Shown here: one piece after another, positions 35,850 through 44,111 of the stretch | Layout: each line of letters starts with the position of its first letter | How positions within the stretch are numbered: the stretch's first letter is position 1 | Notes under the pieces: model-generated | What the model was told of the DNA's origin: nothing | The model's input: only the letters and a program-made list of their open reading frames with translations | The model's database searches: none | Origin: an uncultured virus (IMG/VR IMGVR_UViG_3300025133_000075) | Taxonomy: Duplodnaviria; Heunggongvirae; Uroviricota; Caudoviricetes | DNA: 64,000 nucleotides | Direction: 5' to 3' (one strand) | Virus record (IMG/VR): IMGVR_UViG_3300025133_000075 | Program-made: the position numbers and the translations under genes

Positions 35850-36053
35850 TTACCTTTCTAGTTCGTTGGCTATCTTCAACCCCACAACCAATGAAGGGGT
35901 CTTTCTGAAAGAACGACCTTTATGAGCTGGACAGCCGAGCCAATAGAATCGATATTTGGTTCCGTCATCCCGCCGCAAGCATTTGTCATCCGGATCGTAA
36001 AATTTCACATCTCCTTCCAACTGCACATTAAATGAACTGCAAATACACGTCAT
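35850..36053 (-). CDS. hypothetical protein
   Basis: ORF track. Confidence 0.55.
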   Translation of the reverse strand: MTCICSSFNVQLEGDVKFYDPDDKCLRRDDGTKYRFYWLGCPAHKGRSFRKTPSLVVGLKIANELER

Positions 36054-36373
36054 GCTACTTGTACCTCCCCGCCAGGGTAAACAATCTTGGTCACTACACG
36101 CTCGTCATCCCCATGCTTATCAGCAAAATCAATCAGATAGCTGTACTTTACAATAATCGCTTCGGTCCCCAATGCTAGCCCGTACTGGATGTTCACAATG
36201 GCATTCTCTACCAGAGGACTCAAGGGACCAAAGAACCGGCGGTTGAGTGGTACGTTCATCAACTCCACCAGATCGTTCACTTTGAACGTCAGCACGTCTG
36301 GAACTTCCACCCCGATGTCTTCCATGATCAACTCACGGAATCGATTCAGGTGAATTACAGTTGGAACACGCAC
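36050..36373 (-). CDS. hypothetical protein
   Basis: ORF track; GAGGAG RBS. Confidence 0.65.
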   Translation of the reverse strand: MRVPTVIHLNRFRELIMEDIGVEVPDVLTFKVNDLVELMNVPLNRRFFGPLSPLVENAIVNIQYGLALGTEAIIVKYSYLIDFADKHGDDERVVTKIVYPGGEVQVA

Positions 36374-36380
36374 GGCACAT

Positions 36381-36490
36381 CTCCTCTCTAAGAAACCTCA
36401 AAAGTCACGTCACACAAGTATTGTACGACATTTTTGAGGGAGAAGAGCAGCCAAAGGGGAAATATCTGAAAGATTACGGAAAATAACCCT
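36381..36490 (-). promoter_or_regulatory. degenerate copy 10 of the promoter element
   Basis: TACAAT at 36420-36425, TGTGACGTGA, TTCCCCTT. Confidence 0.5.
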
Positions 36491-37000
36491 TCAGCAATCT
36501 CGACCCCGCTCCCCAATTCCATGATTGGGGTGGTAGTTTGCTTTTGCTTCAGCGGCAGTGCGAGCAGCGATAGCATCGGTTTTGGCGGAAAACCTTCCCA
36601 GATTCACTACTTTGCCTTCAAATTTAATCTGTGCTTTCCATTTATTATTTACAAAATCCCAAAATACCCCAGTAACCCCTGATTTATTTCGAGAATTCAT
36701 CCCCTTATTGCGTTGATTCTCCGCATGGGACACTTCTCTCAGATTGCACAATCGGTTATCAGATCTGTTGTGATTGATGTGATCAATTTGTGCTGTTGGA
36801 AAGCACCCATGAGACACCAGCCAAGCCAACCGATGAGCATAGTACAGAACCCCATCTATTCTAATTTGAACATACCCCAACTTTCCAACATGAGAAGCAA
36901 CCGATCCAGCAGACTTCGATCCTGAACTCTTCTTCCAATGGAACTCACCTGTAACTGCATTGTACCTTAATAATTTTTCCACTGTGTCTTGTGTGATCAT
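36491..37000 (-). mobile_element. free-standing HNH homing endonuclease with a C-terminal AP2 domain
   Basis: YYAHRLAW, IDHINHNRSDNRLCNL, N.SGVTGV.W....KWKAQI...LGRF; visibly AT-richer than its neighbours. Confidence 0.9.
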
Positions 37001-37731
37001 CGGGAACAATCCCTCCCTCTTTGCGAATGCCTTACTCTGCATACTCCATTTATGTCAGCTTCATTTTTTTCACCAACTGATTTACGGAAGCGAACATCAC
37101 AACGACAAGGCAAAAAGCCCCGGCTGATGTCAGCTAGTGGTCGAGTCCACTTCGAATTGGGAAGGTATCCAAGAGATCGACAACGATCGCCCGCCACGAT
37201 CTGGATACCCCCGATCGCTTTGCCATATCGAGTCATAGCAAAGTCATCCAGATTGATATCACACAACATGGATGGGCTCATGTCCGCTGTCAGTATCGTG
37301 CTGTCTCCGTGGCTGTGTGTCCGACTGGCGTTGACTTCTGTTGGAAACGTAATAGCTGTCGGACTTGTCAGGCAGGCCGTTAGAGCGTCATCTAGTGACG
37401 TACCAGTGAATAGATAATCACAATCAGTAAAAAACACCACATCAGCTTCTGTTCTGAGTGCCGCGATATTCCGGCCCGCCGCTCTCTGGAATAGCAACTT
37501 GCGAGGTACTGGTATCCGATTCAGCACTACGTCTCTGAAACTCAAAGCCTTCTCTGCCCAGTCCACCACTTTCGTAGTGTGCTCATCCCCAGGAGAATAC
37601 ACCACTGACAGCGTCACCTGGCACTCGTGCTTGCTTCTGAGGATCAAAGAACTGATCTGCAGCCGCAACAGCTGAGCATAGATCTTGAGCTCTCCAGCCC
37701 AACAGTGCGATACGATTTCAATGCTCTTCAT
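36997..37731 (-). CDS. GT-A fold glycosyltransferase (family 2-like)
   Basis: GRNIAALRTEADVVFFTDCD (DxD), GGIQIV. Confidence 0.75.
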   Translation of the reverse strand: MKSIEIVSHCWAGELKIYAQLLRLQISSLILRSKHECQVTLSVVYSPGDEHTTKVVDWAEKALSFRDVVLNRIPVPRKLLFQRAAGRNIAALRTEADVVFFTDCDYLFTGTSLDDALTACLTSPTAITFPTEVNASRTHSHGDSTILTADMSPSMLCDINLDDFAMTRYGKAIGGIQIVAGDRCRSLGYLPNSKWTRPLADISRGFLPCRCDVRFRKSVGEKNEADINGVCRVRHSQRGRDCSR

Positions 37732-37975
37732 CGACCACGATCCTCAAAATACTGGAATGATCTGCGTCTCCAAAATTCCACAACGACATCCCGACTGAGA
37801 ACCGTGCCGCCATTGCTGCCACTTTTTGGGGAGAACCCGGTGGGAACTGACAAGGCTCAAACGGATCGATGTGCATTTCCATCTGAGCATCGATCAGCTG
37901 GCACTTCTTGTTGGCGTAACCCTTGTCATCCCACGAGAGGGGCAGCTCATCATCTGTCATTAGAAATACTCGCAC
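37718..37975 (-). CDS. hypothetical protein
   Basis: PPGSPQKV motif shared with 24531..24800. Confidence 0.6.
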   Translation of the reverse strand: MRVFLMTDDELPLSWDDKGYANKKCQLIDAQMEMHIDPFEPCQFPPGSPQKVAAMAARFSVGMSLWNFGDADHSSILRIVVDEEH

Positions 37976-38535
37976 CGTTCACAGAAATCTCGCTCTTTCT
38001 CAAACACTCGCCTTCTCAATTTACGATCCAATGGCGGGAACTTGTTTTCTGGGAATCCAGCCAACTTGGTAGAATTGACCTTGGGCAACTCAGCCACCGC
38101 TTTGCCTTCTTCTTCTGATGCCCCGAAACTCTCGAACAGCTCGACAGCAGCCCATGGTAGATCTTCCACCCGTACCACAGAATTCGGCTGATACACATTG
38201 AAAGCATCTGCAACCCTGTGCTCTGATTGTAGGTACTTTTCAAAAAAGTCTTCTACGTTGATCGCATTGCGAGCGAACATGCTGATGGCATCAAATTGCA
38301 ACTCTCCAATCAAACCCCCACTGAGTGAATAGTAGATGGACTGGAGCCAATCGACCGGCCTGCGTACCATCGACACCTTGTAAATGCCTGGATCTGTATC
38401 TGGGGCATGCTTGGAAAAGACATTGCCTTCTTTGGAGACGAACCCAGCAGCATCACAAGCTTGAATGAACCACGTTGACGCAGTCCGTGGAGCCGCCGCA
38501 AACGAAAACCTTTCGTAGCGAATCATAGCCTCCAC
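37960..38535 (-). CDS. sulfotransferase-like protein
   Basis: 5'-PSB-like PRTASTW, 3'-PB-like VRRPVDWLQSIY, VRVEDL. Confidence 0.7.
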   Translation of the reverse strand: MEAMIRYERFSFAAAPRTASTWFIQACDAAGFVSKEGNVFSKHAPDTDPGIYKVSMVRRPVDWLQSIYYSLSGGLIGELQFDAISMFARNAINVEDFFEKYLQSEHRVADAFNVYQPNSVVRVEDLPWAAVELFESFGASEEEGKAVAELPKVNSTKLAGFPENKFPPLDRKLRRRVFEKERDFCERCEYF

Positions 38536-39071
38536 CTCTCAAGATCCACAGCCCAGAGACGAGCCCCTGGAGCCTCTACGCATTCATCAAACCAGTTGTC
38601 TACAGCTCGCTTGACTCCTTTGTAAGATCTGCCGTAGTCGTGCCCGCACAGAAGCTTTTTTGTCTTTGGCAACCAAGCCTTGATGTCTGCAGATACAGAC
38701 TCTTCCGTATGATTGGCATCAATGAAAACGAAATCGAAAGCGTCGTCTGCGTACCTTTCAGCCGCCACTGTGGACAGCTCTTTTTGGATTTCATACCGCT
38801 CTGGTAAAGCGTAGGAATCGATCCTGGCCCGAGCTGCTTGCTCTACGTTTTTCCAAGCATTCTGATCCCACCGGCCCGTTCGTTTGTGAGCGTCGTGGTA
38901 TGTCGATCCTGCTGGCCATTCAATCCAAGGATCAACAAACACCAGATGAGTCTGTGGGAAAGCCAACAGCAACTGAACTGAAGTCTCCCCTTTGCAGACG
39001 CCAATCTCAGCCCCCATGGTTGGATGAGGGCCGCAGTGCTTTTGAATGAGTCTGATCAGTTCTGCTTGCAT
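38523..39071 (-). CDS. class I SAM methyltransferase (Methyltransf_24-like)
   Basis: GAEIGVCKG, VDPW, FDFVFIDANH, CGHDY. Confidence 0.85.
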   Translation of the reverse strand: MQAELIRLIQKHCGPHPTMGAEIGVCKGETSVQLLLAFPQTHLVFVDPWIEWPAGSTYHDAHKRTGRWDQNAWKNVEQAARARIDSYALPERYEIQKELSTVAAERYADDAFDFVFIDANHTEESVSADIKAWLPKTKKLLCGHDYGRSYKGVKRAVDNWFDECVEAPGARLWAVDLERWRL

Positions 39072-39685
39072 TTTACCACCACGATCTTTCTTTCACACTG
39101 CTCAAAGGCATCTAGGACTGTTTCAACTTCCCCCGCTCGATTGAACACTTCAATGTATTCATCCAAAGAAGCCGCGTAGCAATCAGCTCTGTTTCCTCTG
39201 CTACCGAGCTTTTCATGCCACTCCGTCCATTCGACGAACAGTCGACCGCCAGGGGCTAATGCTTCCACCCATGTCGATGCCGTGCCTCTTGGGTATCGGG
39301 AGTGATCGAATGAATTCGAGTACACAATATCGAAAGCTCCGCACCACGAAGCAGGCAACTCATCAAAAGACTGATTCAAAATCCGTTTGCCGTCGCAGAT
39401 TTCAGGAAAAATCTCAGTGCCTACCCAACCACCTCCGAACGCATTTTCGAACATGTCAAGCTCTTGTCCCGTCCGAACCCCATGGCATAAACCAAACAGC
39501 CCTCTAGGGTCTGTCAATCGAGGATCAAAATGCTCTTCAATGACAGCAACAACAGCATCAACGCAGAAGCAGCGAGTGGTCTTCTTTCTATTTATTTTGA
39601 ATGAAGTCAACTTCGTCTGAGCTTTGACATAATCCTCATGGCAATCGAATTGGTGCTGCTCAGCCATCACAGAACCTCCAGACAA
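39056..39685 (-). CDS. class I SAM methyltransferase-like protein
   Basis: LCHGVRTGQE, FDIVYSNSFDH, LAPGGRL. Confidence 0.75.
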   Translation of the reverse strand: MSGGSVMAEQHQFDCHEDYVKAQTKLTSFKINRKKTTRCFCVDAVVAVIEEHFDPRLTDPRGLFGLCHGVRTGQELDMFENAFGGGWVGTEIFPEICDGKRILNQSFDELPASWCGAFDIVYSNSFDHSRYPRGTASTWVEALAPGGRLFVEWTEWHEKLGSRGNRADCYAASLDEYIEVFNRAGEVETVLDAFEQCERKIVVVKCKQN

Positions 39686-40536
39686 TCACAGTATCGGTGC
39701 CGCCAAGCCAATTGAGTAGCTCCGGGATTCAATCGAATGAAACGATCGAGCCCCTGCTGTACATGATCTTTTTTCCGAACTCGATTTCGAACATCATCGA
39801 ACACCATCCAGCTGCCCTTCTTCATCAGAGGCAGCGTCAAGATCGCATCCTGGTACACTGCATCTGCTGTATGATCACCATCGATGATCGCCAGATCAAA
39901 GGTCTTTTTGATCAGTGCTGGATGCTTTGATTTGAGGAACTGCTGAGAATATCCACGATTGACATCAACTTGATTTCCAAACTGAGCCAAATTCACACGA
40001 GCCCTTTGCATCACAGCATCCATGTGCTCTGTGTCAATTTTCCGAGTAGACTCCCATGGATCGATCGTGATCACTCTACTTCTCGGATGGCTTAAAATGT
40101 TCTGCAAACACCACACGAGATCTTGGCCCTCAAAGACTCCAATCTGAAGCATCTTGTGCGGCTCAGTCGACTTGAACCTACCTGGGAAGAACGTGCTCCA
40201 TGTGCTCTGGTTTCTTTGCCGAAACCAATTGCGAGTGAAGCTGAAATTGCTACGATCCTGGATCCCAATGGACACCTGATTTTCAAGCGGCTCGAACGCT
40301 ACCCGATGCTCTTCCTCCAGAGCCAGTTTGCGACGATCTGTGTAGTTCCGAACACCAGCTGCGATCGCCCGCCGGTACTGTCGATGGGAAGGATACTGTG
40401 GATCTGGAGCAAGTTTTCCTATGTCATCATCATGCACAGGTTCCCATACCGGAACATAAGTCCAAGCATCTGAACACCGATCAACTTCATCCCCGTACAC
40501 GATGATCTCATTTTTTGCGAGTCGTCGGTATTTCAT
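39667..40536 (-). CDS. class I SAM methyltransferase (Methyltransf_24-like) with an N-terminal extension
   Basis: LQIGVFEG, IDPW, FDLAIIDGDH, MVFDD. Confidence 0.82.
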   Translation of the reverse strand: MKYRRLAKNEIIVYGDEVDRCSDAWTYVPVWEPVHDDDIGKLAPDPQYPSHRQYRRAIAAGVRNYTDRRKLALEEEHRVAFEPLENQVSIGIQDRSNFSFTRNWFRQRNQSTWSTFFPGRFKSTEPHKMLQIGVFEGQDLVWCLQNILSHPRSRVITIDPWESTRKIDTEHMDAVMQRARVNLAQFGNQVDVNRGYSQQFLKSKHPALIKKTFDLAIIDGDHTADAVYQDAILTLPLMKKGSWMVFDDVRNRVRKKDHVQQGLDRFIRLNPGATQLAWRHRYCDCLEVL

Positions 40537-41396
40537 TGCTTTCCTCCTAAAAGATAATTTATGTCAGAATTTCCAGCTGACTTACACCACTCAGCAACTC
40601 CACCCACATTCTGATCCAAGCACTCCTGAAAAACCGGCCACCACACATCGTACCCCTTCTGACTTTTGAACTTGCCGTCTTTCCTGCGTACGTTTGAGTC
40701 CCCATGGAAGTGCCAGATCTTCACTTCTTCATCAGAACATACTTTGTGCTTCGGGGAAGAGTTCCAGCAGCCTGGAGAGCACCAGAGACCCTTGCCGAGG
40801 AAAGCAGCAACCATCACATGCAAGCAAGCCTCATCAGCAATGAAAATGTTCTTCTTGACTCGATTCGTCCACTGTTCCCAGTAAGCCAACAAATCCCCCG
40901 CTTGCTCAGTAAATGCAAACACCCCTCCGTTCGGGCTTGGGAAAGGGTGCATCAAAGCCGCATCCAACCAATCGGATTCAAAATACTCAGTAAGCCGATT
41001 GACTCTCTTTCGCGGCATGCCTTCATTGGACACCCAGTTTCCAAACTGTGTAGCAACGAAGCTGTTCTCTGCCTCAGCGAATAACACATCTAACTCCTGC
41101 ACCGGCATCGTGTCCGCATCCAGATACAGATTCACACCATCTTCCATGGACTGAGCCAATCGAATCTTGTCAAGGAACTGCGAATTCTTGCCGCGATACT
41201 CAGGCTCTCGCTCAATGACACGAATTCCCAACTCCAGATCTTCCGCGATCCGAGACACTAACTCGATCGAATCCGGCCAAGCGTACACCTCGACCTCTCC
41301 AGTGAAATGAGCCGTGTTCCGAAGACTGTGCAGGCTGGTCACCAAATACGGACAATGAGCCGAACCTGACATCAGATAAAAAACTCGCTTAGTCAT
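40533..41396 (-). CDS. GT-A fold glycosyltransferase (family 8-like)
   Basis: SLHSLR, LYLDADT (DxD), NGGVF, IWHFHG. Confidence 0.75.
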   Translation of the reverse strand: MTKRVFYLMSGSAHCPYLVTSLHSLRNTAHFTGEVEVYAWPDSIELVSRIAEDLELGIRVIEREPEYRGKNSQFLDKIRLAQSMEDGVNLYLDADTMPVQELDVLFAEAENSFVATQFGNWVSNEGMPRKRVNRLTEYFESDWLDAALMHPFPSPNGGVFAFTEQAGDLLAYWEQWTNRVKKNIFIADEACLHVMVAAFLGKGLWCSPGCWNSSPKHKVCSDEEVKIWHFHGDSNVRRKDGKFKSQKGYDVWWPVFQECLDQNVGGVAEWCKSAGNSDINYLLGGKQ

Positions 41397-41517
41397 CGCT
41401 CTGTCGTTCCTTCTTTGCGTAATAAGCACATTCGTAAATTTCCAATACTGACCAGCCGATGCAGATAACGAAAAGGGACTGCATCACTCGTAGCAGCAAC
41501 TTAACCAGAAGCTCCAT
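41389..41517 (-). CDS. small membrane protein (42 aa)
   Basis: Manual translation MELLVKLLLRVMQSLFVICIGWSVLEIYECAYYAKKERQSDD; fills the gap between two GT genes. Confidence 0.45.
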   Translation of the reverse strand: MELLVKLLLRVMQSLFVICIGWSVLEIYECAYYAKKERQSDD

Positions 41518-42292
41518 CCACATTCAATTTCTCCAGTTCTGCGTCCATATTCTTCAGTGAGGATCGATGGATCCAGCCTCTCCGCTTCATTCCTACTCGA
41601 TGGATTGGAAGCCCTTGGCTTTGTGCCATCCACCACATATACCCGTCCTGTGATGGAACTGGGAGCTTCCCATGCCCACAAGAAACAGAAGCCGCCATCG
41701 AACAGATCCGAGTAAACTCCGATTGGAAAAACCCACACCAGGAAATGATTCGCTTGTGGGATAACATCCCGTGCCCCGGAATGGGAGCAAGGTTGAGGCA
41801 GCTGCACTTTTCCATGAACTCAGGATACATGCTTTTGCGACTGTCAATCAGCCAACGATCCAATTCCATCATCTGATCAGCTGGCTTTGTGTACCCCCAT
41901 GGATGTGATATGATGGCTGGATCACCTTCGAACCAATCCGGATCGATCCAGTCATCTACACCAGAGGCGATCACATCCAGATCTAACTTCAACCAGTAAG
42001 GAGACTTCACGTTCAGTGCCGCTGTGTACACAAACCCGGCCAGCATCTTTTGCCTCTGGGGCTTGGTCCACTTCGTACCATCGTCAGAGTAATGAGCCAT
42101 CGGTCTCCATGAGACCAGCTTTGGATCTGGCCCAACGACCACTCGCAATGTCTCCGGATCGACTGAGCTGTCGTAGAAGATTATGATTTGATGCTCGAAC
42201 AGTGAAGGCTTGTACTGCTGCCAATTCGGCCACACCCGCCTAAGATGGGGCATGTGTTCCAGATCGACGCCAAGCACGATATCAAACTGCAT
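41501..42292 (-). CDS. glycosyltransferase-like protein
   Basis: YWLKLDLD (DxD), SQDGYMW; cluster context. Confidence 0.6.
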   Translation of the reverse strand: MQFDIVLGVDLEHMPHLRRVWPNWQQYKPSLFEHQIIIFYDSSVDPETLRVVVGPDPKLVSWRPMAHYSDDGTKWTKPQRQKMLAGFVYTAALNVKSPYWLKLDLDVIASGVDDWIDPDWFEGDPAIISHPWGYTKPADQMMELDRWLIDSRKSMYPEFMEKCSCLNLAPIPGHGMLSHKRIISWCGFFQSEFTRICSMAASVSCGHGKLPVPSQDGYMWWMAQSQGLPIHRVGMKRRGWIHRSSLKNMDAELEKLNVDGASG

Positions 42293-42752
42293 TTGGCAAC
42301 TCCAATAAAGCTCCTGGAGCTGAAGGCACCCACAACTGTCCATTGGGCAGCAAAAGACGAGGACTGATCGACATCAACTTCTCTGAGGTCACACCTCCCG
42401 GCCAAAGCCGTTCTATGTCGTCTGGATTGGGGACGGCTCCTGATTCGCAGAAGTAGTCTTCGACCATCGTACTGTCTTCGACTACCTGAAACTGATGGCA
42501 CACCCGTGCCGGAACTATGAACACCAGGTTCTCTTTCAGATCCACAGGACTGAGTGTCAAACCATTCAAGAGTATGAGCCGAACGTGACCACTCAGTACA
42601 TGAAAAACATTAGCTCGGTTTCTGTGATAATGAAAGGAACAAAACGTATTTGCTTTCATTTCCAAAATGTGCTTTGTCATCGGAGGACCGGCAGTGATCC
42701 ACAACTGCTTCGTTCTGCCCCAACATTTATCTTCCCATTGATAGTTGCTCAT
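42282..42752 (-). CDS. cupin (sugar isomerase/epimerase-like)
   Basis: CSFHYH...F.VLSG...VPARVCHQF. Confidence 0.75.
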   Translation of the reverse strand: MSNYQWEDKCWGRTKQLWITAGPPMTKHILEMKANTFCSFHYHRNRANVFHVLSGHVRLILLNGLTLSPVDLKENLVFIVPARVCHQFQVVEDSTMVEDYFCESGAVPNPDDIERLWPGGVTSEKLMSISPRLLLPNGQLWVPSAPGALLELPNAV

Positions 42753-42792
42753 TCGTCGTCCTGTTCTGAAGGTTCTGTTTCAAGTCCTGCTT

Positions 42793-43626
42793 TCATTGTA
42801 CTGCCTGCTTTTCGTACCAGCCTTCTAAATCAAAAGGTTCGGCTGGAAAGTCACAAAGAATATCTGCCATGGCTGAACCGAACCCGATCTTCGTGAACGC
42901 TTCCAACTTGGACGATAAATTACAATTAAAGATCTGAAGCCCCGCTCGATCGAATACCCCGTCTGTTTCCATCTTCGTCAACCACTCATTGACGATTCGA
43001 AACTGATTGTTATTCGATTTGATGGATCCATCATCCCTGTGCTGTGGAAACGAATAGCCAGGAGTCATATCAAAATCGACACCTAGAAGGTAAATCTTCC
43101 GAACGCCGAACTCGTACAATAAACGAATACCCAGCAGCATCGTACAAGCAGTTTTTGGTAGACCTGTCCTTTTCACACCTGCATCCAGATTGCCCCAGGA
43201 TGCTCCCTCTGTGAAGAACGAATCGTCTGGGGTAAACCATGCCCGGCGTAAGAAACTCCACGTATTGGGGCAGTCACGAGCTGAGAGCTTGATCTTACGG
43301 AAGTCTCCAGCCCCACGTCTCTCCACAAGCACTGATCTTCCTTTTCTCAGCTTGGGATGGGGCACGAACTTCATAATGGATGGATCTTTCCATATCCCCA
43401 GGTGGAATTTCTCCGGAGGGTCAGAACAAACAAAGGCACTCGGTTTGAATTCCGAGTGCCCTGCTACATTGTTGACTGCTAGTGAAAAGATGCCTCTGTT
43501 GTTCAGAGATTTCAGATCCATATTGTTGGCAGATGGACCGCCACACACAAGAAATGCCCCCGGTGTGTTGATTAAGAGCCTTGAGAAATCCGTTTCTTGG
43601 TAGTCCGAATCCGTGAACGCAAGCAT
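42793..43626 (-). CDS. Maf/DUF115 or Cst-like nucleotide-sugar transferase
   Basis: LVCGGPSA, AVNN, GVRKIYLLGVDF, IFNCN. Confidence 0.6.
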   Translation of the reverse strand: MLAFTDSDYQETDFSRLLINTPGAFLVCGGPSANNMDLKSLNNRGIFSLAVNNVAGHSEFKPSAFVCSDPPEKFHLGIWKDPSIMKFVPHPKLRKGRSVLVERRGAGDFRKIKLSARDCPNTWSFLRRAWFTPDDSFFTEGASWGNLDAGVKRTGLPKTACTMLLGIRLLYEFGVRKIYLLGVDFDMTPGYSFPQHRDDGSIKSNNNQFRIVNEWLTKMETDGVFDRAGLQIFNCNLSSKLEAFTKIGFGSAMADILCDFPAEPFDLEGWYEKQAVQ

Positions 43627-43660
43627 TGTCTCTGTTTCTGTTCTGATCTTGGATCTGCTG

Positions 43661-44110
43661 TCAACTGCTTTTCAGTTCTTCTTCTTGTTTTGCGTGACGA
43701 ATGCGATCCTTTCGAATCGCGTTTGTGACGAGTATGTATGCCCCAGCTTTCAACGCGACCAACCCCGGCTTTGTACCCAGTATTGATTCAGGAACACCAG
43801 TCACTTTTGCCAACGCATTCCGATTTTTTACCATTTTATCCTGAATGTATTTGATGTTTTTCTCGCACCAATCAGGACCTTTTCTGTTCATCTCGTCAGC
43901 TAAATTTTTACAACCACAACCCTCCCCACCTTTGATACCAGTCAACCACTTGATGTCGACAGCCAAAAACGTCCCCACTTTGCTCTTGTTGAGCAGCTTA
44001 TTGAAACGACGAGCGGTTTCTGATCCAGATGAGGAACGACTGACCTTGAACGTCGTTTTTTCTCTCCTGGCTTTCATCTCAACCAACCGCTGTCTTGTGA
44101 TCTCGTGCAT
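43661..44110 (-). CDS. hypothetical protein
   Basis: CGC...MN..GPDWC; follows the tail genes. Confidence 0.7.
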   Translation of the reverse strand: MHEITRQRLVEMKARREKTTFKVSRSSSGSETARRFNKLLNKSKVGTFLAVDIKWLTGIKGGEGCGCKNLADEMNRKGPDWCEKNIKYIQDKMVKNRNALAKVTGVPESILGTKPGLVALKAGAYILVTNAIRKDRIRHAKQEEELKSS

Positions 44111-44111
44111 T

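Noticed and set aside
20381..36490. Dispersed ~100 bp repeats as a CRISPR array or integron attC array
   Set aside because: Spacing is 0.9-4 kb with whole genes between, each copy contains a -10 box and RBS, and no cas gene or integron integrase is in the window.
36997..43626. DNA hypermodification cluster
   Set aside because: Not preferred, though not excluded: no hydroxymethylase, TET/JBP or base-modifying kinase gene was recognised in the window, and the cluster is co-oriented with and adjacent to tail genes rather than replication genes.
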